DNA of 59,472 nt, counting the filler, from Sphacelaria rigidula (Eukaryota), in NCBI GenBank assembly GCA_964200075.2. It is 8 parts of 8 records of this genome, joined end to end, with 100 filler letters (N's around TTAATTAATTAA, not from the genome) between each part and the next. Parts side by side here need not be neighbours in the genome. Positions count along the whole stretch, not along the records: positions 7,448 to 14,794 come from CAXNAA020015320.1; positions 14,895 to 22,241 come from CAXNAA020015321.1; positions 22,342 to 29,688 come from CAXNAA020015322.1; 5 more parts are not named here. One strand, written 5' to 3'. Positions 13,201 to 25,873 of the stretch are shown in pieces (within the stretch, counting starts at the first letter, position 1; every line of letters begins with the position of its first letter). Below the pieces are notes generated by a model. That model ran no database searches, was not told the DNA's origin, and saw nothing but the letters and a program-made list of their open reading frames with translations. Position numbers and translations under genes: made by a program.

Positions 13201-14660
13201 CTCACCAAGGTTGGCGAACATAATCCGCGTGTGCAACGCTGGTGGGAGTTTCTGACAGCTTATCAGCAAACTGTCAAACATCGCCCAGGCAAAACCAATG
13301 GGAATGCTGACCTTCTTTCCCACCTTTCCCTTCCGCCGACGGTCGTAGACTTCAGCCTAACTTGCCGATTGACTGAATCCGATGAGCCAACCGTGTACTC
13401 TATCCGGCGTTTCTTAACGCCCATTTACGCCCCTGGCCTTCATTGCCCAGAGACGGGTATGCATATGGGTTGTCCTCGCCCCCTCTTGTATGATGCAGTC
13501 TTAGGTGGGCTCACAAACGCTGATTTTGTCGATTTCCGCACTATCGGTCCTCGCGCGAATATTTTCGCCCTGCCATCCCATGTATCCATCTAATTCCCGA
13601 CAATACGCACTCTCAGTCTACCGCCCGCGCCAACCCCCCCCGCGCCCCGCCGCCACCGACAACACCTACTGCTCGCACGAGCAGCGGAGCACCGACTCCC
13701 CGTAACAACGCGCCACGAGCCTCGTCATCACCCGCCACGTGCAATGCACGCAACAAGCGCCGATCAAGTTTCCTGGCGCGCACTACACGGACAACGCCTC
13801 CCTCCGCGGCAGCGTCAAGGTCCACCCCTTCTGATGGTAGAATGGACGCCTCCGACCCTGATCCCAATGTGGATTCTGACGTTGGCACCCCTGCCCCGTC
13901 GCCTGTCCCACCACTTCCTGAGCCACCATTCCTGGTCGGCTCTCCGGCGGAAGGCCAACTGCGTGAGTTCCTCGCCAGTTACTCTCATTGTGATTGGGCT
14001 CGTGAAAAACAAGCAGAACCATTTCGCCGTGCTACTATTCGGTACTTATTGGTTGTCTGCCCTGTCCTTATCCCAGACAATGTTCTGGCCCCGGTTGGTA
14101 CACTGCCACCGCCAAACGCCTCTGAGGTGTACGAACTCGCACGTAGGGGTACTATCTTCACCACTGATGACGGTATTCAACCGCGCGTCCGCCGCCCTAC
14201 GCCCCAGTCGAATGTAACTTCAACCAATCCGCGTTCAGGATCCATTTTCGATGCGACCGTGGGTAATGAAAGGCTGTCACACTGACCTGCCTTGTCAACT
14301 TGGTGTCACGCGCGCACGTTAGCGCTACGTTACTTCAGCGCTTCCACTGGTGGATCGATATGGAAGTGTCCTCCCTCTCGATCTTCAGGGACATGACGCC
14401 AAATCTCGAGTCTCCGTGTGCATCGATGCAAACCTTGCACGAACCCGCATGACGCTAAACACATGCCTGAATATCTGCCGGCCGGTCTTGCACAATACGT
14501 GCTGAATACCTATTCGACCAAGTCACCGCCTTATCACGTTACCACTGACGACGTGACCGAACGACCTCTTCGCGTAGCCGTGTCTCATATCTCTGGCCAC
14601 CAGATGACTCGCGGTCGAGGCGGTACGCTTGCTGTCATGTACAAAACTCATTGATAAGGC
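10300..14660 (+). mobile_element. Degenerate Ty3/gypsy LTR retrotransposon, family B (protease, RT, RNase H; integrase core deleted; chromo-like end)
   Basis: LLDSGS protease; FSTFDHASGFFQ, YLND (YLDD) and FLGH of RT; TDVS..FGAVL..ELE..NADLLS RNase H; highly similar to 41400-44580. Confidence 0.92.
11323..11679. mobile_element. MITE inserted in the gypsy element, ~40-bp TIRs
   Basis: acatcacccgcagccatttggctacccccaaaattcctcc versus the reverse complement of ggaggcatttttggggttagccgaatggccgcgtgtgatgt; internal cctcc/ggagg repeats. Confidence 0.8.
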
Positions 14661-17169
14661 CTTCGGAGCGGAGTCATCATACGATAGGGGGGGAGCGGGG
14701 GAGGGCTCTGTATCTTAATTAAGATACAAGTTTTTTTAATCGTTCATATCTCCGCGAAACATTAACCGTTTTCCGTTCTGTGTTTTCTGCGTGTNNNNNN
14801 NNNNNNNNNNNNNNNNNNNNNNNNNNNNNNNNNNNNNNTTAATTAATTAANNNNNNNNNNNNNNNNNNNNNNNNNNNNNNNNNNNNNNNNNNNNCCCAGC
14901 CATGTTCGGTATCGCGCGAGTGATGGGTCCGGGTAAGATGAAGTTTTCAACAGACAGTCAAGTGTGTAGACAGCACTGCGCCTGATACTATATGTTACAG
15001 AAAGACGAACACAACCATGCAGCACATGAAGCAATCTCAGCGGAGACCAAACCGTCTTCGCAAGATCTAAACACACCACGGAACAGTGATAGCTACAGCA
15101 CACAAGAGCGGACGTGAATGTGTTTGTGCTGCAGTACAGTGAAACCAGACACGTCCCATGTTTTAGCTCTTCGGCTGATGTTAAACGGGTCCTGAGTGTT
15201 TGCCGGGTGCCCATGTTGAACGCTCGGACATAATCGCGCTTGGCGCAAATAACATAATTTACTACAAAATGATCCCCATGTATGAGTCCTGTGCCTAACC
15301 TTTGAGAGAACGGAAGACCGGAAATCCTCCGAAATATTATTCGGGAGGTCGGGAGAGATGAGGTCATCCATGTGAAAGGCATTCGTCATGACTTTAGGTC
15401 AGGGGAAACACTGTTTTGGAGTTGAAACTCGTTTTTTTGCTCAACCCCATTTCTCAGGATCCGCTGTCATTTGCACCGTGTACGTGGAGTTCCAGTCGTG
15501 TGCACAGCGCGGAGTTTGCAGCCCCTCCTTGGAGATGTAGATATGCTTTGTGCCTGTGCAACCTTGCAACGTATTTGTTGTCAACTGCGAGGAGAAATAG
15601 CAGGCACGTTCACGCCGCTTCATGTCATGTACAAACAGCAACCACGTCGCATCACACATTGTACGTACAACAAATCAATGCTGCATCACGATCCGCGCAC
15701 AGTACTAAGCCAACCTCTCTTGTAGTCACAAAACGGGCTCTCTATGATATGTCCATTTTGAGGCTCTTATAGTGGTTCTTTGGACAAATACGGGCCGTGG
15801 CGGATTGAACCCTGGAATACTTGCTCTACCTGTAAACCAGATTCTAGCGCATTTTCCCGATATTTATTTTGCCCAGGTTTACTTTTGCCCGGCACACCGA
15901 CTTTTTTAAGGAGTCCCGGTAGTATAGTACCTGTCGGGAAAACACGTTATTTCCGCAACAACTCAAACATTCTTGGGGTGCTGGCGATTAAAAAAAGAAA
16001 AAAAAAACTCGACCAGAAGTATAACTGTACGCACGAAAGATGGGAAAAAGTGCGCTAGAATATTCGTGGAAAGCACATAGCAAACCTTCCGAAGGAGGTC
16101 CTATCCGCCAAGCCCTATACTCCGCCAATGTCCATTATGAAAGGGTCGCAGAGGGCATCTCTCCGAGTGCCCGCTTTCTGACTATATGAAGCGGGCTGAC
16201 CGTTGAAAACATGACGCGGCTTCTGCCTTTTGTTCTTGTCGACGAGCCTCCCTGCTTCCAGGGGATCTTGTCTACCGCGTGTGGTTGAGTGTTTGACTTC
16301 ACGCCCTTCCTGTACTGACTATCGATGCATAGCTGTCTTGTCGACGTCATATGGGCCGTGAGGACGCAGCACGGCCCCCACCTAGCGGCGTACCGTTGTG
16401 ACGACATGGAATCTCAAAAGCAGCAGGCATGTTGGGAACCGGAAATTGCCCCCCCCAAGGTCCGCCTTCAGCACAGTTGCGCACATTTTTCACGTGCAGA
16501 GCTGACGGCCTCCACTTGGTGCACCCTGCGGTACACAATACTGCTGGGCAGCGTAGTCCTCACGATATTTGTACTTTCAATATCCCTTCTCGTCTCATCG
16601 TCGACATTACCGTTATATCGTGCACGGCTTGAGAGTGGCGAATTTCCCTTGCAGTACAAGCACACATTTTTTTCCTTTCGTGTCCCCTGTCGACCGTCAC
16701 CACAGGAAAGTCGCTGAACAGCGTCGGCGGACTCAACGCTGTACAACTGAAAAAGTACCGGCAAAAGCGCGCGGAGGGTTATGAAGCGAGACGCAGAGAA
16801 TGGATGATGTCAGAATCGTTGAGTAAGGTGGAGAAGAAATCCCTGTCTCGTGGTTGGCACAGGCGCGAGTTGAAGGTGGACAAGAAGTTTTAGAATCGCG
16901 CAACCTACATCCGGAAGCGTGTGCGAGAAATGGAGTCACGTGTGAAAGAAATAAGTCTCAACAAGGACGACTGCAGAGCGCCCTTTTCGGTGAGATCGGC
17001 TCACTACTTTACGTTGACGATAGCGACGATTCAGTTACGGGTACCGTGAGACAGTCTGCAACAGAAGAGTGGAACAAAAATGGGCCGAAAACTTACTCTT
17101 ACGACCAGGAAAATAGGGTCAACCGTCAGGCTTTAGCGGTCAAAGAAGCGATTGCCTAGATAGGTGGCC

Positions 17170-19344
17170 GAGATCTACTGCACAGCTCTTGCACCTCGAA
17201 CGCGCGAAAGAAGCCCAGGAGAAATGTGCTCGTACGCCAGCCGCGCAGAAGGCCACGGATGCGGTGGTGAAGGAAGCACTGTATGATGCTGAGCTCATTC
17301 GTCACACGCTTTCTCAGTTGTTGATCGCGGAACGTGTAGCGAAGGATATGGGGCACGGTCCCAACCATCACACCATTATCGCATGGCTTCGTCAGTTCCG
17401 GGACCTCGGCGAATATTTCTACAAGGACGGCAGGGGCAAGCACGAGAGGGGGTGGATCCTCAATGAGGATGATCTGCGACTGCAACTGCTGACTTGGCTG
17501 AAGGAGTAGAAGCATGTGTCGACACGTAGTACGTACAATTACATCAGCAACACACTCTTGACGCGGGAAGGGATGTCGAAACTGGCGAAGTATGGTCTTA
17601 GCCTCCCTATTTCCACGTCCACGGTGAACGTGTGGATGCGCAAGCTGGGATGCAAGTACGTCCGACACACGCAGTCCTACTACACCGACGATCGTGAGAG
17701 ACCAGACGTTGTTGACAGCCGCAGGGAGTACGTGAGGAAGAGGCGGAAACTTCAACTGCGGCAACACTGCTGGTATTCGTTGAGGAAGGATTCTCTGACG
17801 CCGGAAGAGCTTGCCGCATTCGAGGAGATCCGCGAAACAGTCGAGGAGGCGTTTTGGGCCGACATATACGATCACGAGGTGAATGGCATCAACTACATCG
17901 AAATCCATGTTGATTTCTCGGGCAACGGCTCCGACGCTGGCCACGATGAGCTACGCCGACGGTTGGGAACAGCGGGAGGTTCTGAGAGCGTACGCTTCAG
18001 TGCAGCCATAGCTGTTCCCTGTGAGTACGACCATGCACCCGATGTGTGTAAGTGCAAGTCATGAGTCTTTCACTCCGGGCAAGGCGAATCATGCTTCGAA
18101 GCGTTCGAGTTAGAGGGGAAAACGTGGGTGGTCGAGGGAGTGCGCAGCTCCAGGATCAAGACAGAGGGCCAGGGGGAGATAGTGTCAGCCTTTCAAGACG
18201 AAGAGCGTGGCTTCGGTTTGCCACTGTCCAAATCAGAGCTGGAGCAGGTTAACGCCTTCCGGAAGGACCGGGGGCGCCCAGCCTTGACGGAAAGCCCGGG
18301 TCTGAGATTCTGCAAACCTGAAGAAAATAGAGAAGGTTACTGGGACTACGAAAAGTTCGAGGGTCAGGTGATGGACATCCTGGACTGCCTCGAAGTGATC
18401 TTGCCCATCGATACGCAGATAGTTATGGAGGTCGACTACTCGGCCGGCCACCACGCTAATCTCGGAGAAGATGCACTGCATGTACCGAACATGAACTTGA
18501 GGTGGGGGGGGGGTAAACAGAGGAAAATGCGCGATACAGAAATTACCGATGTCTGTCTGGGCGAAGAAGAAGCAAAAATGTACTTGTACAATGACGGGGA
18601 GACTTGAACACGGTGGTCGTGGCGGATATTCCAAAGAAAGAAGTGGACTTGAAGCCGGAGGTGGGCGAGATGCAGAGGTTATCGTTTACAGCGGAAGACC
18701 CGCCTCCGTTTCACGACTGGGGCGCCCCTCCGTCCAAGCTGGAAAAGAGGAAAAAGCGCAAGAGTGGCAAGTCGTCGAAAGGCCGGGTGTCGGGGAGGGC
18801 GAGAGGTGGGCACGAATCACAAGCAGGTGATGGCAATGACTGCGAGGAAGAAGTTGTGGACGTCGGCTACGTTGGGGTGCCCAAGGGAAGCAAGCAGGTG
18901 TTGTGGGAGCGTGGCTTGTGGGAGTCAGATATGTTCACGTCGGATACAGTACATGCAGACATGGACGTCGCCACTGTACTCGCTAATTTGCCAGTGTTCA
19001 AGCAGGAGAAGGGTGCGTTACAGGCTGTCGTCGAGGGCCGCGGACACATCCTTGTCGTGTCGCCGAAGTTCCATCCGGAAGTTGCCGGGGTCGGGATTGG
19101 GTACTCCTGGGGTAAAGCTAAACAAACGTATCACCGCGAGATCAATGACGAGGTTCCGGAGAATCTGCATCGCAACATAGTGCGCTCGCTGTGCGTGGAG
19201 AATGTTCTCACGCTCGAGCGGATGCATCGCTTTGCACGACGCACGCGGGACTTCTGTCGGGCATACTCTTTGCCAGACAACCAGGGGGCGATCAACAGCA
19301 TGGAGAGAATCGACATGGAGCCGGCCTTCATCGACCGCCAGTGA
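17170..19344 (+). mobile_element. Pseudogenised IS630-Tc1-mariner-superfamily DDE transposase
   Basis: YYTDDRERPDVV, KTEGQGEIVSAF, EGYWD, EVDYSAGH, KGSKQVLWERGLW and SPKFHPEVAGVGIGYSWGKAK motifs over four ORF pieces with stops and frameshifts; TIRs not found. Confidence 0.8.
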
Positions 19345-19940
19345 ATGCCTCGTCGTGGGAGGACGGAGGGTAGTAGGCTGTGTTGGAAATATTGAGTCCT
19401 TTTTTTTTACATGGTTTACGGGGTGATGATGGGAAAATAGAGGGTGCTGAACACGGATGTGGAGTGAAACAACGCGCATTATTTTTTTTCCAGGAGATGT
19501 CAGATGAGAGGATGAAAGAGTTTTAATATGTTACTATTATACTTCGTATCAAAAGTCGAATTTTGTACTTCTTGTTTGACTGGTGATATTGGGTAATGAT
19601 GGGGTGCTGATGACGAATATACCGTACGTGCATTTTTTTCCCCCGTGAGAGGTGCCTTGTTCGAAGAGTAGGCTGGGGCGGCAGTATTATGCTGATTTAT
19701 TTCAGTCAGGTGTGTTGACTGTAGAACGAGTGTTTTATTCGCCCCTGCCCTTGGTGGATAGGTGCTACATCAATGACGGGGCACTTCCAACGTGCATTCC
19801 AACCATCATTCAATTGTGCTCTTCGTTCCACTGTACGCCATGTGTGTGCCGTGAACGCGAGGATAATATGATCGCGCCCCATCGTCCTGTGCGTATATAT
19901 CTTCCTCCGGATGAATCAGTGCATCAAGCGATCACCCTCC

Positions 19941-19971
<31 letters not shown>

Positions 19972-20858
19972 TTTAAATCCCCCGCTCTATCCCCCCCCCC
20001 CCCCCCCCCCCCCCACCTCCTCAACAAAAATGCCTCACCCCCCACCCCCCCNNNNNNNNNNGTCCTGTGCGTATATATCTTCCTCCGGATGAATCAGTGC
20101 ATCAAGCGATCACCCCCCCCCCCCCCCCCCCGATCCAGCCTACATGTTTATATCCCCGGTTGAATCACCACTGCCGCACCCGTCTCGAGAACTGTCGAAA
20201 AATTATGTCTTACTCACATCCCCACCTTTTTAGGCCAGTTGCTGTGCAACTTGAGTTGTTCCCTCACTTCAAACAGTAATTACGAGAATTTGGGACAAGG
20301 TTCCTCGAGTAAAACGGTCTGGATCGGCCTTCCGCACCTCGGAGTGAGCTAGACATTGGTCAACAGCCTGTCTCGAAAACCTGACCCTTCGCACATATTC
20401 TGATGTCCCACGTAGGTTCCCGGAACTCACCTAAACCCGAAAATGCGGAATTTGTAACCTCCGTTCTTATCATACTTTCCCGCTCCCCTGGCGGTCCAGC
20501 TACAAAACTCCATCGGCAGCACCTATTTTTCTATCAGCCTTGGACCGCGCTGCACCTCTCGTTCTCCGTGCAATCTCCGATGATGATACATTTTTTTCAG
20601 TTGGGGGAGGAAAAATGTATGCTGACTGTGCATGTTCTGCAGTGGGGCCTACTCCTAAGCGGACACGTGCTTTTTAGATGGGCCTTCGAGAAAAACCAGA
20701 GCCACACTGGGGCGATGCAGACGTTTTGGAGAGGGGCTTGTGCGAAAGTGCAGCAATCACCTTTTTCAACTGAAGGGACATGTTTGGGATGAAAAATAAA
20801 GTCGACGACGGGAACCACGCGATACGAGCGGGAAAAAATGCCGAAGTAGAAAGTATAC

Positions 20859-21044
20859 ATATTCCACACCTTGGACAATATATATATGGTCAAGAGTTGC
20901 ATTAGACAAGAAACGTACTGCATAGAGAGTAGGCCTATTGCGACTATTGTCGGCCGGCAATAGTTGCAGTAGGCCTATACTCTATGCAGTACACTTCTCG
21001 TATATTGCATCTATTGACCATATATTGTCCAAGGTGTGGAATAT
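20859..21044. repeat. 186-bp near-loopless imperfect palindrome
   Basis: atattccacaccttggacaatatatatggtcaa...gtcgg|ccggc...ttgaccatatattgtccaaggtgtggaatat. Confidence 0.93.
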
Positions 21045-21081
21045 TCACAAAAAATGCCAGATTATGCGCATAAAAATGAAA

Positions 21082-21148
21082 GGTCGTGTCGGGGTTCGAA
21101 CTCGTGACCTCTAGAGTAAGAGGCGGTTATACCATTTTGACCACGAGC
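21082..21148 (-). pseudogene. Degenerate tRNA-like sequence / tRNA-derived SINE head
   Basis: Minus strand has an A-box-like TGGTCAAAATGG and a B-box GAGTTCGAACC; the cloverleaf is incomplete. Confidence 0.55.
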
Positions 21149-24100
21149 AATGCTACGGTAGGGGTGCACTTTTTTCGCGAAATGTTGTCTAGTTCAGGGG
21201 CTCCTCACGGTTCTAGATGCACAAGAATATGGATCAGGGCATCCCCGTTTGCAGATTCATTCGGGATATCCCCACCACATTGGAGTAGTAATCCTGGCGT
21301 ACTTTCATATATTTTCGTAAGTGGTGTTTTGAATGAGATCAAGGGCTCCTAAGAATTCTAACCTCAGAAAATATTTGTGCGCCCCTACCGCAGCATCACT
21401 CCCACCCTTGTGCAGCCGTGCCACACGTGAAGTTGGATACTGAGCCAAATTTCTGGAATTTTTGGCCGAGTTCGCACCAGGATCTCCTCCACACAAGGAC
21501 GCACAACTGCCCCGGGGATGCCCCCGTATGTTTTTTTTTCACGGAGTTACATAATTCCCTGTTTGCTTCTAGGGATCCCTATCTATGAAGGTTGTAGATG
21601 ATGATGAAAATGTGGTGTCAAAATTTCAGCGCCCGACTCTTCGAATGATCAACCGCATCGCCAGGATACGTTTAGAAATTACTGTCAGCTGGTCCAGTTC
21701 GTGGTGCGCTTGAAAAGCTGTCAAGGAGCGGCGAGGCTAGCCGGCATCGAGACACTGACCGATCAACTTAAAAAGTCACCATGCATTTGTATACGGCACA
21801 ATAGATCAGGTTACTTGTGTGCATCGCAGCATATAATATGTGATCCGCCCTGTACAGAAAAAACACAGCTTGATCAATCAACAAAATTTCGATTACCCAC
21901 GCACTGGCTGTCTTTTTATCGACCGCGCGGACACCACAGTAACCCTGCACCAACTACGGGTCTAAACGGACGTTTTTTTGTCTTCGCTTGTAAGGGAAAA
22001 TATGCTGCGTGATGTGAGTCCTGGTGTTCAAAAATATGCAGTATGGCGACATCGCCTTTGATGCCGCCGACCTACAATACAAGCGAGCGGCAGCACAGGA
22101 ACACCCGTGAATAAGAACATTTAATTTCTACGGATACCCCTTGGATACGCGGTACATCAGTGGGTATCCAACCTAGTATAAACAGCCGATCATCTATGTT
22201 GAGGATGGTGCTTTTCATTGAGGATGAGAACCCGGAGGATTNNNNNNNNNNNNNNNNNNNNNNNNNNNNNNNNNNNNNNNNNNNNTTAATTAATTAANNN
22301 NNNNNNNNNNNNNNNNNNNNNNNNNNNNNNNNNNNNNNNNNCCCATCCTTCTACAATCTTCGCTCCTGCCCGATTTCTTTCCATTTCGGTATCAACTCTA
22401 CCTACGCGTTCCCTGCAGGGGAGTGGGTGTAGATAAAGATCAGCTCACCATCCCAGTTGTTTGTGTGCGTTGAGACACCCTTGCAGATGCAAGAGAAAGT
22501 ACTTTCCTTTCGGTTTTTATTTTGAAGCTGACTTCCTCCTTTTTTCTTGATTGTGGTCGATCCCCCCATTCTTACGGGTATAGTACGACATTCCCTATAT
22601 ATCACCCCCCTAACCAATTCCCCCCCCCACCTTCCAACCGATCAAACTTCAATTTTCGAAGGTATGGTGTCTCGATTCCATTTGCGGGGGCCCTGAAACA
22701 GCAGCAAACATTATCGGTAGTGTTACTCGGATCTCTCGAGTAGTATAGAGAGAGGATGGAATAATTGACTTCAAGGTGGTTGAGACATCCATTTCGCTCT
22801 TCTTGTGGGAGAGGAGCAATCAAATCACGGGAACCCTTCAAGATCATTTGCAAGCTCCTACGGCCATCGCTTAAATGGCAGCGTTTTCATGGGCAGCACA
22901 GGAGTTACTACCTTATACGTACGCAAGGAAGGGGTCTAGTATACTACTTGCGTCAACAGTGCGATGCCCGAGCTTGAGGCCAACGGGTTGGAACAGAACC
23001 AATCAGACAAAAGTACATACGAATAAACATTGATATGTTTACAAACAGTACGGTCATGCCCTGCAAAGACCTCGAATCTGTGTGATTGGCGAACTTGCAA
23101 AAAATACACCGCAACCTACTGCTGTGCCATGTGGATCGGAACCTGAAGCTTGCTGTGATTGGTAGCTTGCCGCACTCATATGTTGGTATTGCGGCTGGCT
23201 GTTGTGTTCAGCGTGTGAAGAACACAGCAGGTGAGCGGCGCGTAAACAGCATTGACGTCCTCTCCCATGGACTAAATATGTTGTCCATATTGACCGCCCT
23301 ATGAGCGCTGTTTGCGAAGATGGAACACCGGTGTGTGATGATCTTCTTTCCTTCGATTCTTCCGAGAGCAATATCGGTGATTCTTATGTTTGTGGCGCTC
23401 GGAACAATGGAATTTGTCGGGAAATGAGGCTATCTTTGAGATTCCGCGATTGCAAAAGATTGTGTGCAAGGGGGTGTTATATCCCGTCACGTACAAGTCA
23501 TGCAAAGAGTAGTGCGGTTGTAGGACTACAGGTATACCCTCCGACTGTTCTATGCTCCGAAAAGTACTACATAGGCAGAGCAACGGCGCCATTTACTCGG
23601 TCGCTTTCGATGCACTTGCTCTGATGTATTGGATCGCATCCCGCCATTATGGCGTCGAAATTTGTCACTCTTGGGCGACGGGCGACTGTTGCGCTCGTCC
23701 TCCGCGCGTGTCCCGTTCCATCTCACATCACGAAGGGCATGAGCGGTAGGCATGGACGGCGATGCCTTTTGTCCTGCAATGTCAACTGTACCGTAGACTG
23801 CTTGTTCTTGCCTAGTGCGCAGCATACAACGTGTCGACATTCAGCAGTTGATAATCGCTCCTATTCGGTATAGCTACGACAGAATCACTGTACAGAGTGG
23901 AGTACTTGTTCGGACGAGCTATCCGTCTACTTCATCACACCCTCATCTTCTTGCAGGTGCCGGGAAGGCAGGGCAAACATCTCCACCAATGCCGTGTCAT
24001 GTGGACATGCATCAAGTGGATCTCTTGCCTTTTACACTTCTACTGTACCCATGTATATTCGCTACGCATATTTCAAACTCGTTTCATTCGTTACTGCAGG

Positions 24101-25873
24101 ATCAATTTTCAAAGTTGGGATAAATGTTCCGAAATTACCGCCACTAGCCACCTACTGGACACCTAAAAAAACTCGGACTTGTCGCCGACAGGTCGGGAGG
24201 CCCATATGAGCTTGATTTCCCTCCTAAGACAGTGGTGATCGTGCGAGAATAAACCCCGAATATGGGGAAATGAAGAAATAATTTCGTCAGAATCCAGCCT
24301 CAACGAAACGGACCTCAGTTGTAGCCCACCCATATGCCGAACATAGAAGCAGCTGCGTGGGTAGACGCTGTCGCGAAGGATGGGCGTTCATGTAGCCATC
24401 ACCACATTTTTTTTTAACGCTCATTTCTAGGTATTTTGTCTCTTCCGCTACCACCACAATTCTGTTATCTTGTAAGATCGTGGAGGGGGGGGAACGGGAG
24501 GGAGGCGGGCTATTGGTCGGAGGACTCTAGATCTTGGCATGCTCATGGCATGGACAGAGCTCGCTTTCTGCAGTCTCTCGCTCAAAAACATGCCATTCTC
24601 ACGTACTCCAGCGCGTGGTGAATCAGACTCGCTCTTTTCGACCGTTTACTGGTTCGATGAAGATATCTGTTCGCTGGCAGCCAACCCCTCTGAAGGAACA
24701 TCGCTCAACATCCTGCGAAATCAGAAGTTTAGCCTACTGTAGACCCCCGAGTAAGCGGATATTTACGACCGAACCGGACCTGTCTAGAGACAAGCAAAAC
24801 GCACTGTAGGAGTTTGAATAACAAAGGAAGCCCCTTCAGTCAAGCACGGCATCGGGGGAGAGATTGGTTGATCGATCCCTTGAGACTACGGACTTTTTCC
24901 GGGAAAGGGGATAGTGGGGATCAAAAGTTTGACGAGGAAACAGCGGATATATTGCCGGGCACCAAGCCGTTCTATGGTCTAGCTTGGGTGCCACACAAGA
25001 GCTCGAGGAGCAGAGTGACACCCAGCGGCACCGGCGTAAGAATGGGAAGGACGAACTTGCTTCTGTATTCATACTTGTTGCTGCGGTATACATGGCACCT
25101 CCGCTACGAATCTACAGACGAAGTTCTGTTTTCGTTTCATATTTCTTACGTGAGAAATGATCATCAGCGCCTGTTTATCTTTCATTTCATGCGATGGTCA
25201 TCATTTTCCAGCGCGCTCCTCTGCTTTGGCATCGTGTCGGTAAAAGGTGGTCAATTCTGGGTGCCGCGCGGATATAAACACGGAACGAAAAACCAACTAG
25301 TGAACAACAGATTCGGGGTACAACGGCGCTTAGCAGTTTAGGTGGGATCTGACACAACCCATGTCGAAAATGTGTGTTGTATTCGCGTGTCGTGCGAAGT
25401 TGTGGCGAAACATTGAAGATCTACTGAGCAAGACCTCAAGTGTGATCGTAGGGTGTAAATGGTGGACATATGAAGCCCTTGGCTCCCATGCACCCGCCGA
25501 ACACATGGTCCCCTCCCACGCTATGTCGTTTGCGCTACACGTTGTAGAAGGCTAAGTCGGTGAGACCATCATTTTTTCAACTCTGTTGAACACACGGTTG
25601 GGACGCTCATGCCCACCACTTGTACGCGAAACACACTCGAAATGGGCAGTAAGCTCTATTCCTACATATCTACTACCGTGTGTGCGGTTACATCACGGAG
25701 ACGCGTTGCTGCAAAAACTAAGGAATGCAACAAGGAGATGATGTCGCAGGTGTCGTGGCTTGCTCAACCGCTCACCGTGTACCGCCCCCCCCTTCCTTGT
25801 GCTTGCATGTACCGCAGTGTCTACACGGTGTGCAGCCGGTGGTGTTGCTTGTTCTGTAATTTTTTTTCACAGA

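Noticed and set aside
19885-20130. ~55-bp direct repeat followed by poly(C) on both sides of a 10-N gap
   Set aside because: Typical contig-overlap artefact at a homopolymer, and it lacks the GAGTAC terminus.
22342-25860. Many short ORFs upstream of the PPR gene
   Set aside because: No consistent exon chain or protein motif was found.
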